From contig JAKALD010000002.1 in the NCBI GenBank assembly GCA_021813275.1, positions 1-46,552 of the forward strand: a stretch of 46,552 bases of DNA, read 5' to 3'. How positions within the stretch are numbered: position 1 is the first letter of the stretch; the number at the start of each line of letters is the position of its first letter. The position numbers and the translations under genes are program-made. The notes beneath the pieces were generated by a model. The model ran no database searches, was not told the origin of the DNA, and was given only the letters and a program-made list of their open reading frames with translations. Positions 8,046-15,433 of this stretch are shown piece by piece. The stretch comes from Pseudomonadota bacterium. GTDB taxonomy: Bacteria; Pseudomonadota; Gammaproteobacteria; Burkholderiales; SG8-39.

Positions 8046-8352
8046 TGAGAGTCCATTAGCTCGAGCAGCTCCATCCCGTGGAGTTGACCCGGTTTCGTGG
8101 ACACCTCAACCTTGCAGAGAAAGGAGTCCACGATGCCAGCAACCAAGCCGCCGTACCCGGCGCAATTCCGGCAACAGATGTTCGAATTGGTGGAAGCCGG
8201 GCGCAAGCCCGCCGAGCTGCAGCGCTTTTCCAGATGAAGTATGGACTGGGGATGCCGAATTCCGCACGCTATGCCCTTGACGCTGGAAGCATATTCGCTG
8301 GCACGATAGTGCCGAGCGCGCGCGGCTTGGCGCGAACCCCGCAGGCGATCCG
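8046..8352 (+). mobile_element. remnant of the left end of an IS3-family insertion sequence
   Basis: Contains the truncated orfA at 8133-8237 with its own AGGAG SD. TGAGAGTCC at 8046 could be the terminal inverted repeat (IS3 ends usually start TG). No orfB, right end or target duplication is visible. Confidence 0.4.
8133..8237 (+). pseudogene. IS3-family transposase OrfA, N-terminal 34-codon fragment
   Basis: MPATKPPYPAQFRQQMFELVEAGRKPAELQRFSR* matches the P-Y-P-x-E-F-R-x-x-x-V-E-L-V-x-x-G-R-x-P-x-E-L N-terminus (HTH_Tnp_1) of IS3 OrfA proteins. It stops prematurely. Confidence 0.55.
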
Positions 8353-8964
8353 ATGACGCTCAATCAACTCGATGTTCTTGCATTTGAGCGGCTCGATGCC
8401 GCAGCCGGCCTCGCGGGTTGGCACCTCGAGGCCGCGACGTTGCTTGCCGAGTGGCTGGTATACCTCGTTCCGATCGCCCTGGTTGCGCTGTGGCTGTCCG
8501 GATCAGGCGCCGCACGGGTGGCGGCGGTCAGGGCGGCAATCACTGGCGCGACGGCGCTGCTCTTCAACCAGGCGATAGGATTGGTGTGGGATCGTCCGCG
8601 ACCATTGGTCCTGGGACTCGGGCATGCATTCCTGAAGCACGCTGCGGACGCTTCCTTCCCGAGCGACCACGTGACCATTCTCGCTGCCACCGGGATCGCC
8701 CTGTGGATCGCCTCCTCCCGAGCCGTACGCAACGTGGGAATCACGTTGACCGCTGCCGCGCTCGTGGCGGGCTGGGCTCGGGTCTTCCTTGGAATCCATT
8801 ACCCCGGCGATGCGCTTGGAGCGCTCGCAATCGCGGCACTGATCGGTGCGGCATTCGGTACAGCGCCGGGGCAGAGCGGCTGCGCACGGCTCACCCTGCG
8901 CCTCGAGGACGCGTATCGCCGCTTGCTTGCGCGAGCGATCGCGCGTGGATGGCTACGCGCGTGA
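8353..8964 (+). CDS. PAP2 family phosphatase (undecaprenyl-diphosphatase BcrC-like)
   Basis: Three PAP2 motifs are present: VWDRPRP, SFPSDH and WARVFLGIHYPGD. Multi-pass membrane protein. Confidence 0.8.
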   Translation: MTLNQLDVLAFERLDAAAGLAGWHLEAATLLAEWLVYLVPIALVALWLSGSGAARVAAVRAAITGATALLFNQAIGLVWDRPRPLVLGLGHAFLKHAADASFPSDHVTILAATGIALWIASSRAVRNVGITLTAAALVAGWARVFLGIHYPGDALGALAIAALIGAAFGTAPGQSGCARLTLRLEDAYRRLLARAIARGWLRA

Positions 8965-8985
8965 CGTAGGCGCACCGCGTTCGCC

Positions 8986-9951
8986 TCAGGAGTAACGCTT
9001 CAGGCAGGCCAGAGCCTCGGCGGCGATGCGCTCGACGATGGCACCCGCAGGCTCGATCGCATGGACCAGCCCGGCTGCCTCGCCGAACCAAACCGCGGTG
9101 TTCTCGGGGTCGCCTTCGGCAAAGGCTTTTCGATAGCGGGGACCTTCCACCGAGACGTTCTTTTCCAGCTCGTCCTCCCGGCCGTGCCACCGGCTGGTGA
9201 AGGCGTTGCGGCGAATGCGAGCCGTGAACTCCTTGGGCCATGGAATCTGGCGGGCGATGTCCGCGACGCGGGTGCGGACCGTCCCGTCGCCGTCGGTCTC
9301 GACGATGGCCTCGTGATGTCGCGCGTGGACGAGCGCCTCCTTCGATGCCCAGAAGCGGGTTCCCATCAGCACGCCATCGGCGCCGAGCATCAGCGCAGCC
9401 GCCAAGCCTCGGCCATCCGCAATGCCGCCAGCCGCCAGGAGCAGCGTGTCGGGAGCGTGGGTCCTGATGTAGTCGGCTGCCTCGGGAACGAAGGTGATTG
9501 CGCCTCGCAATGCGCCGTGTCCGCCGGCTTCCGCTCCTTGAGCGACGACGGCATTGGCACCGACGTCGACGGCATCCATGACGTGCTCCATGTTCTGGCA
9601 TTGACAGATCAGCTTGGCTCTTGCCGCGCGAATCTCGGCCACGAACGGCCTGGGGTCGCCGAACGAGAGCATGACGGCCGCGGGCCTGTGCTTCAGAACA
9701 TTCGTGAGCAGGGAGGGCGACTTGCGCAACGACCAGGTGATGAAGCCGACCCCGACGCTATGCCCGCGGGCCGCTTCGAACTGTTCCTCGAGCCAGCTCG
9801 GATCGCCGTAGCCTCCACCGATCAAGCCCAGCCCTCCGCTGCGACTGACGGCAGCTGCGAGTTGTCCGCCTCCGGCAAAGGCCATGGGCGCCGAGAGGAT
9901 GGGGTACCTGAGGTTCCACGATCGGGTCAAACGGGTCATTAGCGTAGTCAT
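8986..9951 (-). CDS. nitronate monooxygenase (NMO, 2-nitropropane dioxygenase-like)
   Basis: YPILSAPMAFAGGGQLAAAVSRSGGLGLIG N-terminus and AQGAEAGGHG FMN-barrel motif. Confidence 0.85.
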   Translation of the reverse strand: MTTLMTRLTRSWNLRYPILSAPMAFAGGGQLAAAVSRSGGLGLIGGGYGDPSWLEEQFEAARGHSVGVGFITWSLRKSPSLLTNVLKHRPAAVMLSFGDPRPFVAEIRAARAKLICQCQNMEHVMDAVDVGANAVVAQGAEAGGHGALRGAITFVPEAADYIRTHAPDTLLLAAGGIADGRGLAAALMLGADGVLMGTRFWASKEALVHARHHEAIVETDGDGTVRTRVADIARQIPWPKEFTARIRRNAFTSRWHGREDELEKNVSVEGPRYRKAFAEGDPENTAVWFGEAAGLVHAIEPAGAIVERIAAEALACLKRYS

Positions 9952-10038
9952 GCGGTGCCTCTGTTATTGTGTACGCCGACCCAATGTAGCCGATTTGTAG
10001 CTGATTCAGGGCCGCGTCCCGCGGCGCGTCGACCCCGC

Positions 10039-10227
10039 CTAGAACCAGTAGCCCAGGCGCAGCTCGAGGAAATGGATCCCGTTGTTTGGCCGCTTGATCC
10101 CGGCGTTCGAGAAGTGCCGCGCCCGCAGGGACAAGTCGTAGGCCCAGCGCGGCGCGAACCGCACGCCCACGCCGAGGAAGTCGCCGAACTGAAAGCGGGT
10201 GCTGAAGCGCCGCTCTGCGCCGCCTAA
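10039..10227 (-). pseudogene. C-terminal fragment of a PagL-like lipid A deacylase / acyloxyacyl hydrolase outer-membrane protein
   Basis: The minus-strand frame gives ...FSTRFQFGDFLGVGVRFAPRWAYDLSLRARHFSNAGIKRPNNGIHFLELRLGYWF*. Compare P. aeruginosa PagL ...RAIHYSNAGLKQPNDGIES.... The catalytic H-x-S and terminal aromatic residue are kept. The frame is closed by a stop at 10279-10281 and has no usable start, so the N-terminal half is missing. Confidence 0.55.
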
Positions 10228-10595
10228 GCAGCAGCGGCTGCGACGAGAATCGCGACCAGCAGGATGACGATCAGGTCGTTATCGCTGATGCTGTTGAGCA
10301 GCCGCCCGCCGGCCGGAAGCGAGTCGATCCTCCCGGCGAGCGCGTGGACCTCCTGGTCGCTGAGGGCCGCGACGCGCTCCTGGGCGAAGAGGCTCTTGAC
10401 TCCGAGCGCCTCGAGCTTGCGCTTCACGTCCGCGCGGTCGAGGAAGGCCTGAACCTTCAGCCTGTCCGCGACGGACTGATTCCTCGCCGCGACCTGCCGG
10501 GCGGAAATCATCCCGGCCTGCGCGACCGACGGCTGAAGACACAACGCGGCGGTCATTACGGCGGCGAACAGCGAACTGGAGAAATTCGCTTTCAT
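10224..10595 (-). CDS. PA2779-family small secreted/membrane-anchored protein (copy 1)
   Basis: ATG at 10595 with an AGGAG SD. Signal peptide MKANFSSSLFAAVMTAALCLQPSVAQA, conserved core KVQAFLDRADVKRKLEALGVKSLFAQERVAALSDQEVH, and C-terminal TM DLIVILLVAILVAAAAA. The track ORF (203 aa) is over-extended at the 5' end. Confidence 0.7.
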   Translation of the reverse strand: MKANFSSSLFAAVMTAALCLQPSVAQAGMISARQVAARNQSVADRLKVQAFLDRADVKRKLEALGVKSLFAQERVAALSDQEVHALAGRIDSLPAGGRLLNSISDNDLIVILLVAILVAAAAA

Positions 10596-10880
10596 GGCGA
10601 CTCCTTTCCGATCAGGACCAGAGCTGCGAATCGGGATTCGCACGAGCGATTCTGAGCCGCAGCGCGCGATGCGCCAAGGACATTTTTTCCGGCGCCACTG
10701 GGGGAGCATCACCGATCGCTTGCACGGTGCTTGCACGATCGGTCTCTGTCGTGCAGTCACGACGATCGCTGGTGGTGCAGCGCTTCCCACTTGCGCGATT
10801 TTCCTAGCGTGGAAATTGTCCAACCGAGGTGTCATCGAGGGTCTCGGCGCTGCTCGGTGACATAGTGATGGAGGACGCCC

Positions 10881-11468
10881 GTGGATCCCATTTCAAGGCG
10901 CAGACTGCACCCGCTCGTAGTTGCCGCTTCGGTTTCGGTCATCGTTCTGTCGGCCGTCGGCATCGCCGCGATCACCGGCTTGCTCCCGGTCTCGCGGGGC
11001 GCCTCCGCGCCGGCCGGGCAAGCGCCAGCGAGCGCGCCGACCGCGGCGCAGGCAATTGCTCCAGGGAGAATCGCCGCGCGCGGGGAACCCGCAGGCTTCC
11101 GCACGGAGCCGGTCGCGCGCGCTCAGCCCAGGTGCCTGAATTGCGGGGTGGTGGAATCCGTGCACGCCGTCGAGGTCAGGGGCCAAGGTACCGGCCTGGG
11201 CGCCGTCGCCGGCGGCGTGGTCGGCGCGTTGCTCGGCAATCAGCTGGGCGAGGGCAGCGGCCGGACCGTCATGACGCTGGCCGGCGCCGCGGGCGGCGCG
11301 CTCGCCGGCAATCAGATCGAGAAGAGCGCGCGCACGACCACGCACTGGGATGTCGACGTGCGCCTCGCGGACGGTCGCACGCGGGTCATCGCGTACAGGA
11401 CCGAGCCATCGTGGCGCCCCGGCGATCGCGTGCGGATCGTGAACGGCGTGATCGAGCCGCTGGGCTGA
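10881..11468 (+). CDS. glycine zipper 2TM domain protein (SlyB / 17-kDa antigen-like)
   Basis: N-terminal TM, then CLNCGVVESV followed by glycine-zipper repeats GLGAVAGGVVGALLGNQLG and LAGAAGGALAGNQI. GTG start. Confidence 0.75.
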   Translation: MDPISRRRLHPLVVAASVSVIVLSAVGIAAITGLLPVSRGASAPAGQAPASAPTAAQAIAPGRIAARGEPAGFRTEPVARAQPRCLNCGVVESVHAVEVRGQGTGLGAVAGGVVGALLGNQLGEGSGRTVMTLAGAAGGALAGNQIEKSARTTTHWDVDVRLADGRTRVIAYRTEPSWRPGDRVRIVNGVIEPLG

Positions 11469-11616
11469 CCGCCGCGATTCGAAGCGCGGGCGGCGCATTG
11501 ACCGCGCGCCGAGTCCGCAATCTTCCGCGCGGTTAATCGGCCCAGAAATTGCCATTATTGGCTGGGCGCGAGCCGCGCGGATAGATTGCGAGTCCGTGTC
11601 CCTTTGGAGGGGGAAA

Positions 11617-12138
11617 ATGAAGCGATTCTGGATTGGCATGTCCGCAGCGCTGCTCGGATTCGCCGCAGTCGGCGCCGCTCACGCCGCGCCGGTGCTGATG
11701 TCGCCGGACTGGGCGAAGGAGGCCTGCGCCGCCTGGAATGGCGAGACCAAATTGACCGATGGCCTGGTGAAGTCGGGCTGGGTCGAAAACGACAGGAACC
11801 GCGGCTACAAGGTGATCCACATCTACCGGACCGACTGCAAGGACAGCCACCCGGTCGAGCTGCGCATCGCCACCAAGGGACCGGCGGCGAAATGCGTCTA
11901 CGGCGGCGCGATCGAGAACGCCAAGCTCGATGGCGGCGCCGACTACCTGATGCACGCGAAGACCGCGCGCTGGGTCCAGATGGGCAAGGGCGACTACGGC
12001 CCGTTCACGGCGATGCTCACCGGCCGGCTCAAGTTCGAAGGCCCGAAGATGGAGGCGATGGCCAACATGGACCCGTTCGAGCAGTTCCTGCTTCTCGTGG
12101 GAAAGGTCCCCTCGGATACCGGCTCCTGTCCGAAGTAG
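11617..12138 (+). CDS. secreted SCP2 sterol-binding-domain protein
   Basis: ATG at 11617 after a GGAGGGGG SD. Signal peptide MKRFWIGMSAALLGFAAVGAAHA. SCP2-like C-terminal half FTAMLTGRLKFEGPKMEAMANMDPFEQF. Confidence 0.65.
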   Translation: MKRFWIGMSAALLGFAAVGAAHAAPVLMSPDWAKEACAAWNGETKLTDGLVKSGWVENDRNRGYKVIHIYRTDCKDSHPVELRIATKGPAAKCVYGGAIENAKLDGGADYLMHAKTARWVQMGKGDYGPFTAMLTGRLKFEGPKMEAMANMDPFEQFLLLVGKVPSDTGSCPK

Positions 12139-12161
12139 GCGCGTCGCTGCGCCTCGGGCGG

Positions 12162-13376
12162 CTACCCGATGACCGCGCCCCCGAGCGCGGCGAGCACGAC
12201 GACCCACAACGGCGGCAGCTTCCAGAACGTGAGCAGCGCGAACCCCGCGAGCGCCAGCGCGAAGTCGGTCGGCGCGTGCACTGCGGTCGTGAAGATCGGG
12301 TCGTAGAGCGCCGCGAGAAGAATGCCGACGACCGCGGCGTTCACGCCGTTCAGCGCCGCGCGCACGCCCGCCATTCGACGCAGCGCGTTCCAGTGGGGCA
12401 GGGCCGCGAAGACGAGCAGGAAGGCTGGCAGAAAGATCGCGCAGAGCGCGAGCAGGCCGCCCGCCAGCCCGGCCGGAGCGCCGCGCATCGCCGTCCCGAG
12501 ATAGGCCGCGAAGGTGAATAGCGGCCCGGGCAGCGCCTGAGCGAGGCCGTAGCCGGCGAGGAACGCGCTGTCGTCGCTCCAGCGCGGCACGACCTCCGCG
12601 CGCAGGAGCGGCAGGACCACGTGACCGCCGCCGAACACGAGCGAGCCCGCGCGGTAGAAGCTGTCGAACACGCTGATCGCCTGGCCCGCGCCCGCGCGCG
12701 CAAGCACGGGCAGCACGCCGAGCAGCGCGAAGAATAGCGCGAGGCTCACCCAGGACAACCGGCGGCCGATCCCGAATTCCGCGTGCTCTCCAGCAGCCAC
12801 GATGCCGCGCGGCAGCAGGCGCCAGCCGATCACGCCGCCGGCGGCGATCGCCAGGATCTGCGCGAGCGCGCTGCTCCAGCTAAGCGCGAGAAGCGCCGCG
12901 CACACCGCGATCGTCGCGCGCGCGCGGTCCGGGCACAGCTGCCGGCCCATGCCCCACACGGCCTGTGCGACCACCGCGACGGCGGCGAGCTTCAAGCCGT
13001 GCACCCAGCCCGCCGCGGTGGAGATGTGCAGGACGTGCAGCCCGTAGCCCGCCAGGACCATCAGCGCGGCCGACGGCAGCGTGAAGCCGAGCCAGGCCGC
13101 GAGCGCCCCGGGCACGCCGGCACGCATCGCCCCCAATCCGATGCCGACCTGGCTGCTCGCCGGGCCCGGCAGGAACTGGCACAGCGCGACCAGGTCCGTG
13201 TACGCCGCGTCGTCGAGCCACTTGCGACGCTCGACGAACTCCGCGCGCAGGTACCCGAGATGCGCGATCGGCCCGCCGAACGAGGTGCAGCCGAGCTTGA
13301 GGAAGGCGAGAAATACCGCCGCCAGCTCCGCAAGGACGGTGCTGTGCCGCGCGGCGCCTGCGTCAGCCCGCGACAT
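12162..13376 (-). CDS. chrA: chromate transporter (two fused CHR domains)
   Basis: FLKLGCTSFGGPIAHLGYLRAEFVERRKWLDDAAYTDLVALCQFLPGPASSQ, and a second CHR repeat with SLVFGGGHVVLPLL. Confidence 0.85.
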   Translation of the reverse strand: MSRADAGAARHSTVLAELAAVFLAFLKLGCTSFGGPIAHLGYLRAEFVERRKWLDDAAYTDLVALCQFLPGPASSQVGIGLGAMRAGVPGALAAWLGFTLPSAALMVLAGYGLHVLHISTAAGWVHGLKLAAVAVVAQAVWGMGRQLCPDRARATIAVCAALLALSWSSALAQILAIAAGGVIGWRLLPRGIVAAGEHAEFGIGRRLSWVSLALFFALLGVLPVLARAGAGQAISVFDSFYRAGSLVFGGGHVVLPLLRAEVVPRWSDDSAFLAGYGLAQALPGPLFTFAAYLGTAMRGAPAGLAGGLLALCAIFLPAFLLVFAALPHWNALRRMAGVRAALNGVNAAVVGILLAALYDPIFTTAVHAPTDFALALAGFALLTFWKLPPLWVVVLAALGGAVIG

Positions 13377-14706
13377 CCGGATGGAGGCCGCGCAGCGGCA
13401 GCGTGAGCTGGAAGCGGGTCACGCCGGCGGAGGATTCCGCGCGGATGGTGCCGCCGTGCATCTCGACGATCGACTTGGCGATCGCGAGCCCGAGTCCCGC
13501 GTGTTCGGAATCGCCCTCGCGCCGCGACGGATCGGCCCGGTACAGCCGATCGAAGATCCGCGAGAGCTGAGCGGGTGCAATTTCCGGTCCCGGGTTCGTC
13601 ACGCTGATCTCGGCCGATCCTGCGCGCTGCGCGATGCCGACGGCGATTTCCCGGCCGGCCGGCGTGAACCGGATGGCGTTCGAAAGCAGGTTCGACAATG
13701 CGCGCTGCAGCATCAGGCGGTCGCCCGCGATCGTCGCGGCCCCCGAATGCGTGAGCCTCACTCCCCGCTCGCTCGCGTAGGCCTCGTAGAAGCCGAGCAG
13801 CCGTTCCACCTCCTTGTGGAGCTCGACCGACTCCCGCTTCGGCGCGACGAGCCTGTTGTCCGCGCGCGCGAGGAACAGCATGTCGGAGGCGATCCTCGAC
13901 AGCCGCTCGAGCTCCTCGAGGTTGGACTGGAACGTGGCGCGGTACTCGGCTGGCTCGTGCTCGCGGCTCAGGGTGACCTGCGTCTGCATGAGCAGATTTT
14001 GGATCGGGGTGCGCAGCTCGTGCGCGAGGTCGGAAGAGAACTCGGAAAGCCTGCGGAACGAGTCTTCCAGGCGCGCGAGCATCTGGTTGAAGGCCCGCAC
14101 CAGGGCGCGCAGCTCCGCCGGCACCCCCGATTCGGGGAGCGGGCGATCCAGCCTTTCGGCCGAGATCGCGCCGGCCTGTTCCGACAGCGCGCGCAGCGGC
14201 CGCAGGCCGCGGTTGGCCGCTGCTCATCCCAGAACGGCCATCACCAACATGGCGAACGCCAGGCCGAACCACAGGGCCTCCTTGAACTCGGTCATGAAGA
14301 CCTGGTCGTCGGTGATATCGAGCGCAATGGCGACCGTGACCGGAGCGCTGCCCGGTATTCCAAGCGCGAGCCGGTTCGCGACGATTCGGTAGGTGCGATC
14401 CGCGTTCGACCAAGTGATCATCGGTACACGCATCGTGCCCCCGATCGAAAGTAGGTGCTTCACGACTTGCGCCGGGCCGGTCGCGGACAGCACCGTGCCG
14501 TCGCGCGCGGCAATCGTGATCGCGATTCCCGGGTGGCCGAATCTCGCCTCGGCGATCCGGCTCGGCAGTCGCGCCATGGCATCGGGCCCGGTGATGTGCA
14601 CGAGCAGCCCGCGAACCAGCTCCATCTTGCCGTAGAGCTCCTCGGTGTCGTGATCGAGAAAATGGTTCCCGGCCGCGTGCTCGAACAGGGCCCCGGCGAT
14701 CGGCAG
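13363..14706 (-). pseudogene. CusS/CzcS-type heavy-metal sensor histidine kinase, 5'-truncated and carrying an in-frame TGA
   Basis: The HisKA/HATPase part is intact (FSSDLAHELRTPIQNL, LSNLLSNAIRFTP, GLGLAIAKSIVEMHGG). The periplasmic domain and TM2 read in frame upstream, but a TGA at 14224-14226 sits where the family has Trp (..AVLG*AAANRGLRPL). Similarity starts at ..IAGALFEHAAGNHFLDHDTEELYGKMELV, and no TM1 is found in any frame. There is no adjacent response regulator. Confidence 0.75.
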
Positions 14707-14748
14707 ATCATCGAGCACGGTCCGGTGCCCTGGGCACACACCTTCTTC

Positions 14749-14997
14749 ATGGAGACGAAGGAGCACCTGTTCTTCATTCCACTGATCCTCGCGTTCTACC
14801 TGCCCTTCGTCGCGGGCTTGAAGCTGTCCACGAACGCGACGGCTCGCCCCATGGTGTTCCTTGTTACAGGGGTGATCGTCCTGAACGGCCTCGCCATCGA
14901 AGGGGCGGGAGCGATCATCAACTGGGGCGCGAAGACGACCCTCGCCCAGGAAGTACACGCGAGCGCAAATTCCACCACTGTCAAGGGAGCGCACTAA
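14749..14997 (+). CDS. small hypothetical membrane protein (82 aa, 2 predicted TM)
   Basis: METKEHLFFIPLILAFYLPFVAGLKLS...VFLVTGVIVLNGLAIEGAGAIINW. Third codon positions are strongly G/C in this frame, unlike the antisense frame. The stop overlaps the next ATG (TAATG). Confidence 0.55.
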   Translation: METKEHLFFIPLILAFYLPFVAGLKLSTNATARPMVFLVTGVIVLNGLAIEGAGAIINWGAKTTLAQEVHASANSTTVKGAH

Positions 14998-15350
14998 TGG
15001 CAACTCTCGCGAAAGAGTACACAGAAGCGGCCACCGCGAAGGCCGAGGTGACCAAAGAAGCGGTCGCCGGCGCGTACGGTCTGTCGGCCGCAATCACCGT
15101 CGTCTTCAATGTGGTGCTGGCGTTCATCAAGGACTCCTACCCACCGCTCAACACGTTTATGGCGCAGTTGAGCGGCCATCACTGGCGAACGCACGGCCTG
15201 GCCGATGTGATCGTGTTCTTCGTGCTCGGGTGGATCTTCTCATCCTCCGGCATTCCGGCCGGCGGCCTGACGCGGGGCTCCGTGATCACGGTTGGAACGG
15301 CTACGGTCCTGGCGTGCGCGGCGCTGGGCTTGTGGTTCCTCTTCGTCTGA
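14997..15350 (+). CDS. small hypothetical membrane protein (117 aa, about 3 TM)
   Basis: Soluble Ala/Glu/Lys-rich N-terminus, then TM segments LSAAITVVFNVVLAFI, LADVIVFFVLGWIF, VGTATVLACAALGLWFLFV, with a HHWRTHG loop. G/C-rich third positions. Confidence 0.6.
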   Translation: MATLAKEYTEAATAKAEVTKEAVAGAYGLSAAITVVFNVVLAFIKDSYPPLNTFMAQLSGHHWRTHGLADVIVFFVLGWIFSSSGIPAGGLTRGSVITVGTATVLACAALGLWFLFV

Positions 15351-15366
15351 TGACGCTCGGGTGATC

Positions 15367-15390
15367 GCCGGCGCTGCCCACGGCGCCGGC
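15367..15390. other. GC-only stem-loop between convergent genes
   Basis: GCCGGCGC tgcccacg GCGCCGGC is a perfect 8-bp stem. No T-tract on either strand. Confidence 0.3.
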
Positions 15391-15433
15391 GGTCAACAAA
15401 GTCTGGAAGGCTTCGTCGCCGGCGCCGCCCGGG

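Noticed and set aside
14224-14226. In-frame TGA in the sensor kinase as programmed recoding (selenocysteine, or TGA=Trp genetic code)
   Set aside because: Many genes in the window terminate at TGA at positions that fit their families, so the code is standard. No SECIS-like hairpin follows, and Sec is not expected at a TM/HAMP junction. A nonsense mutation or a sequencing error is simpler.
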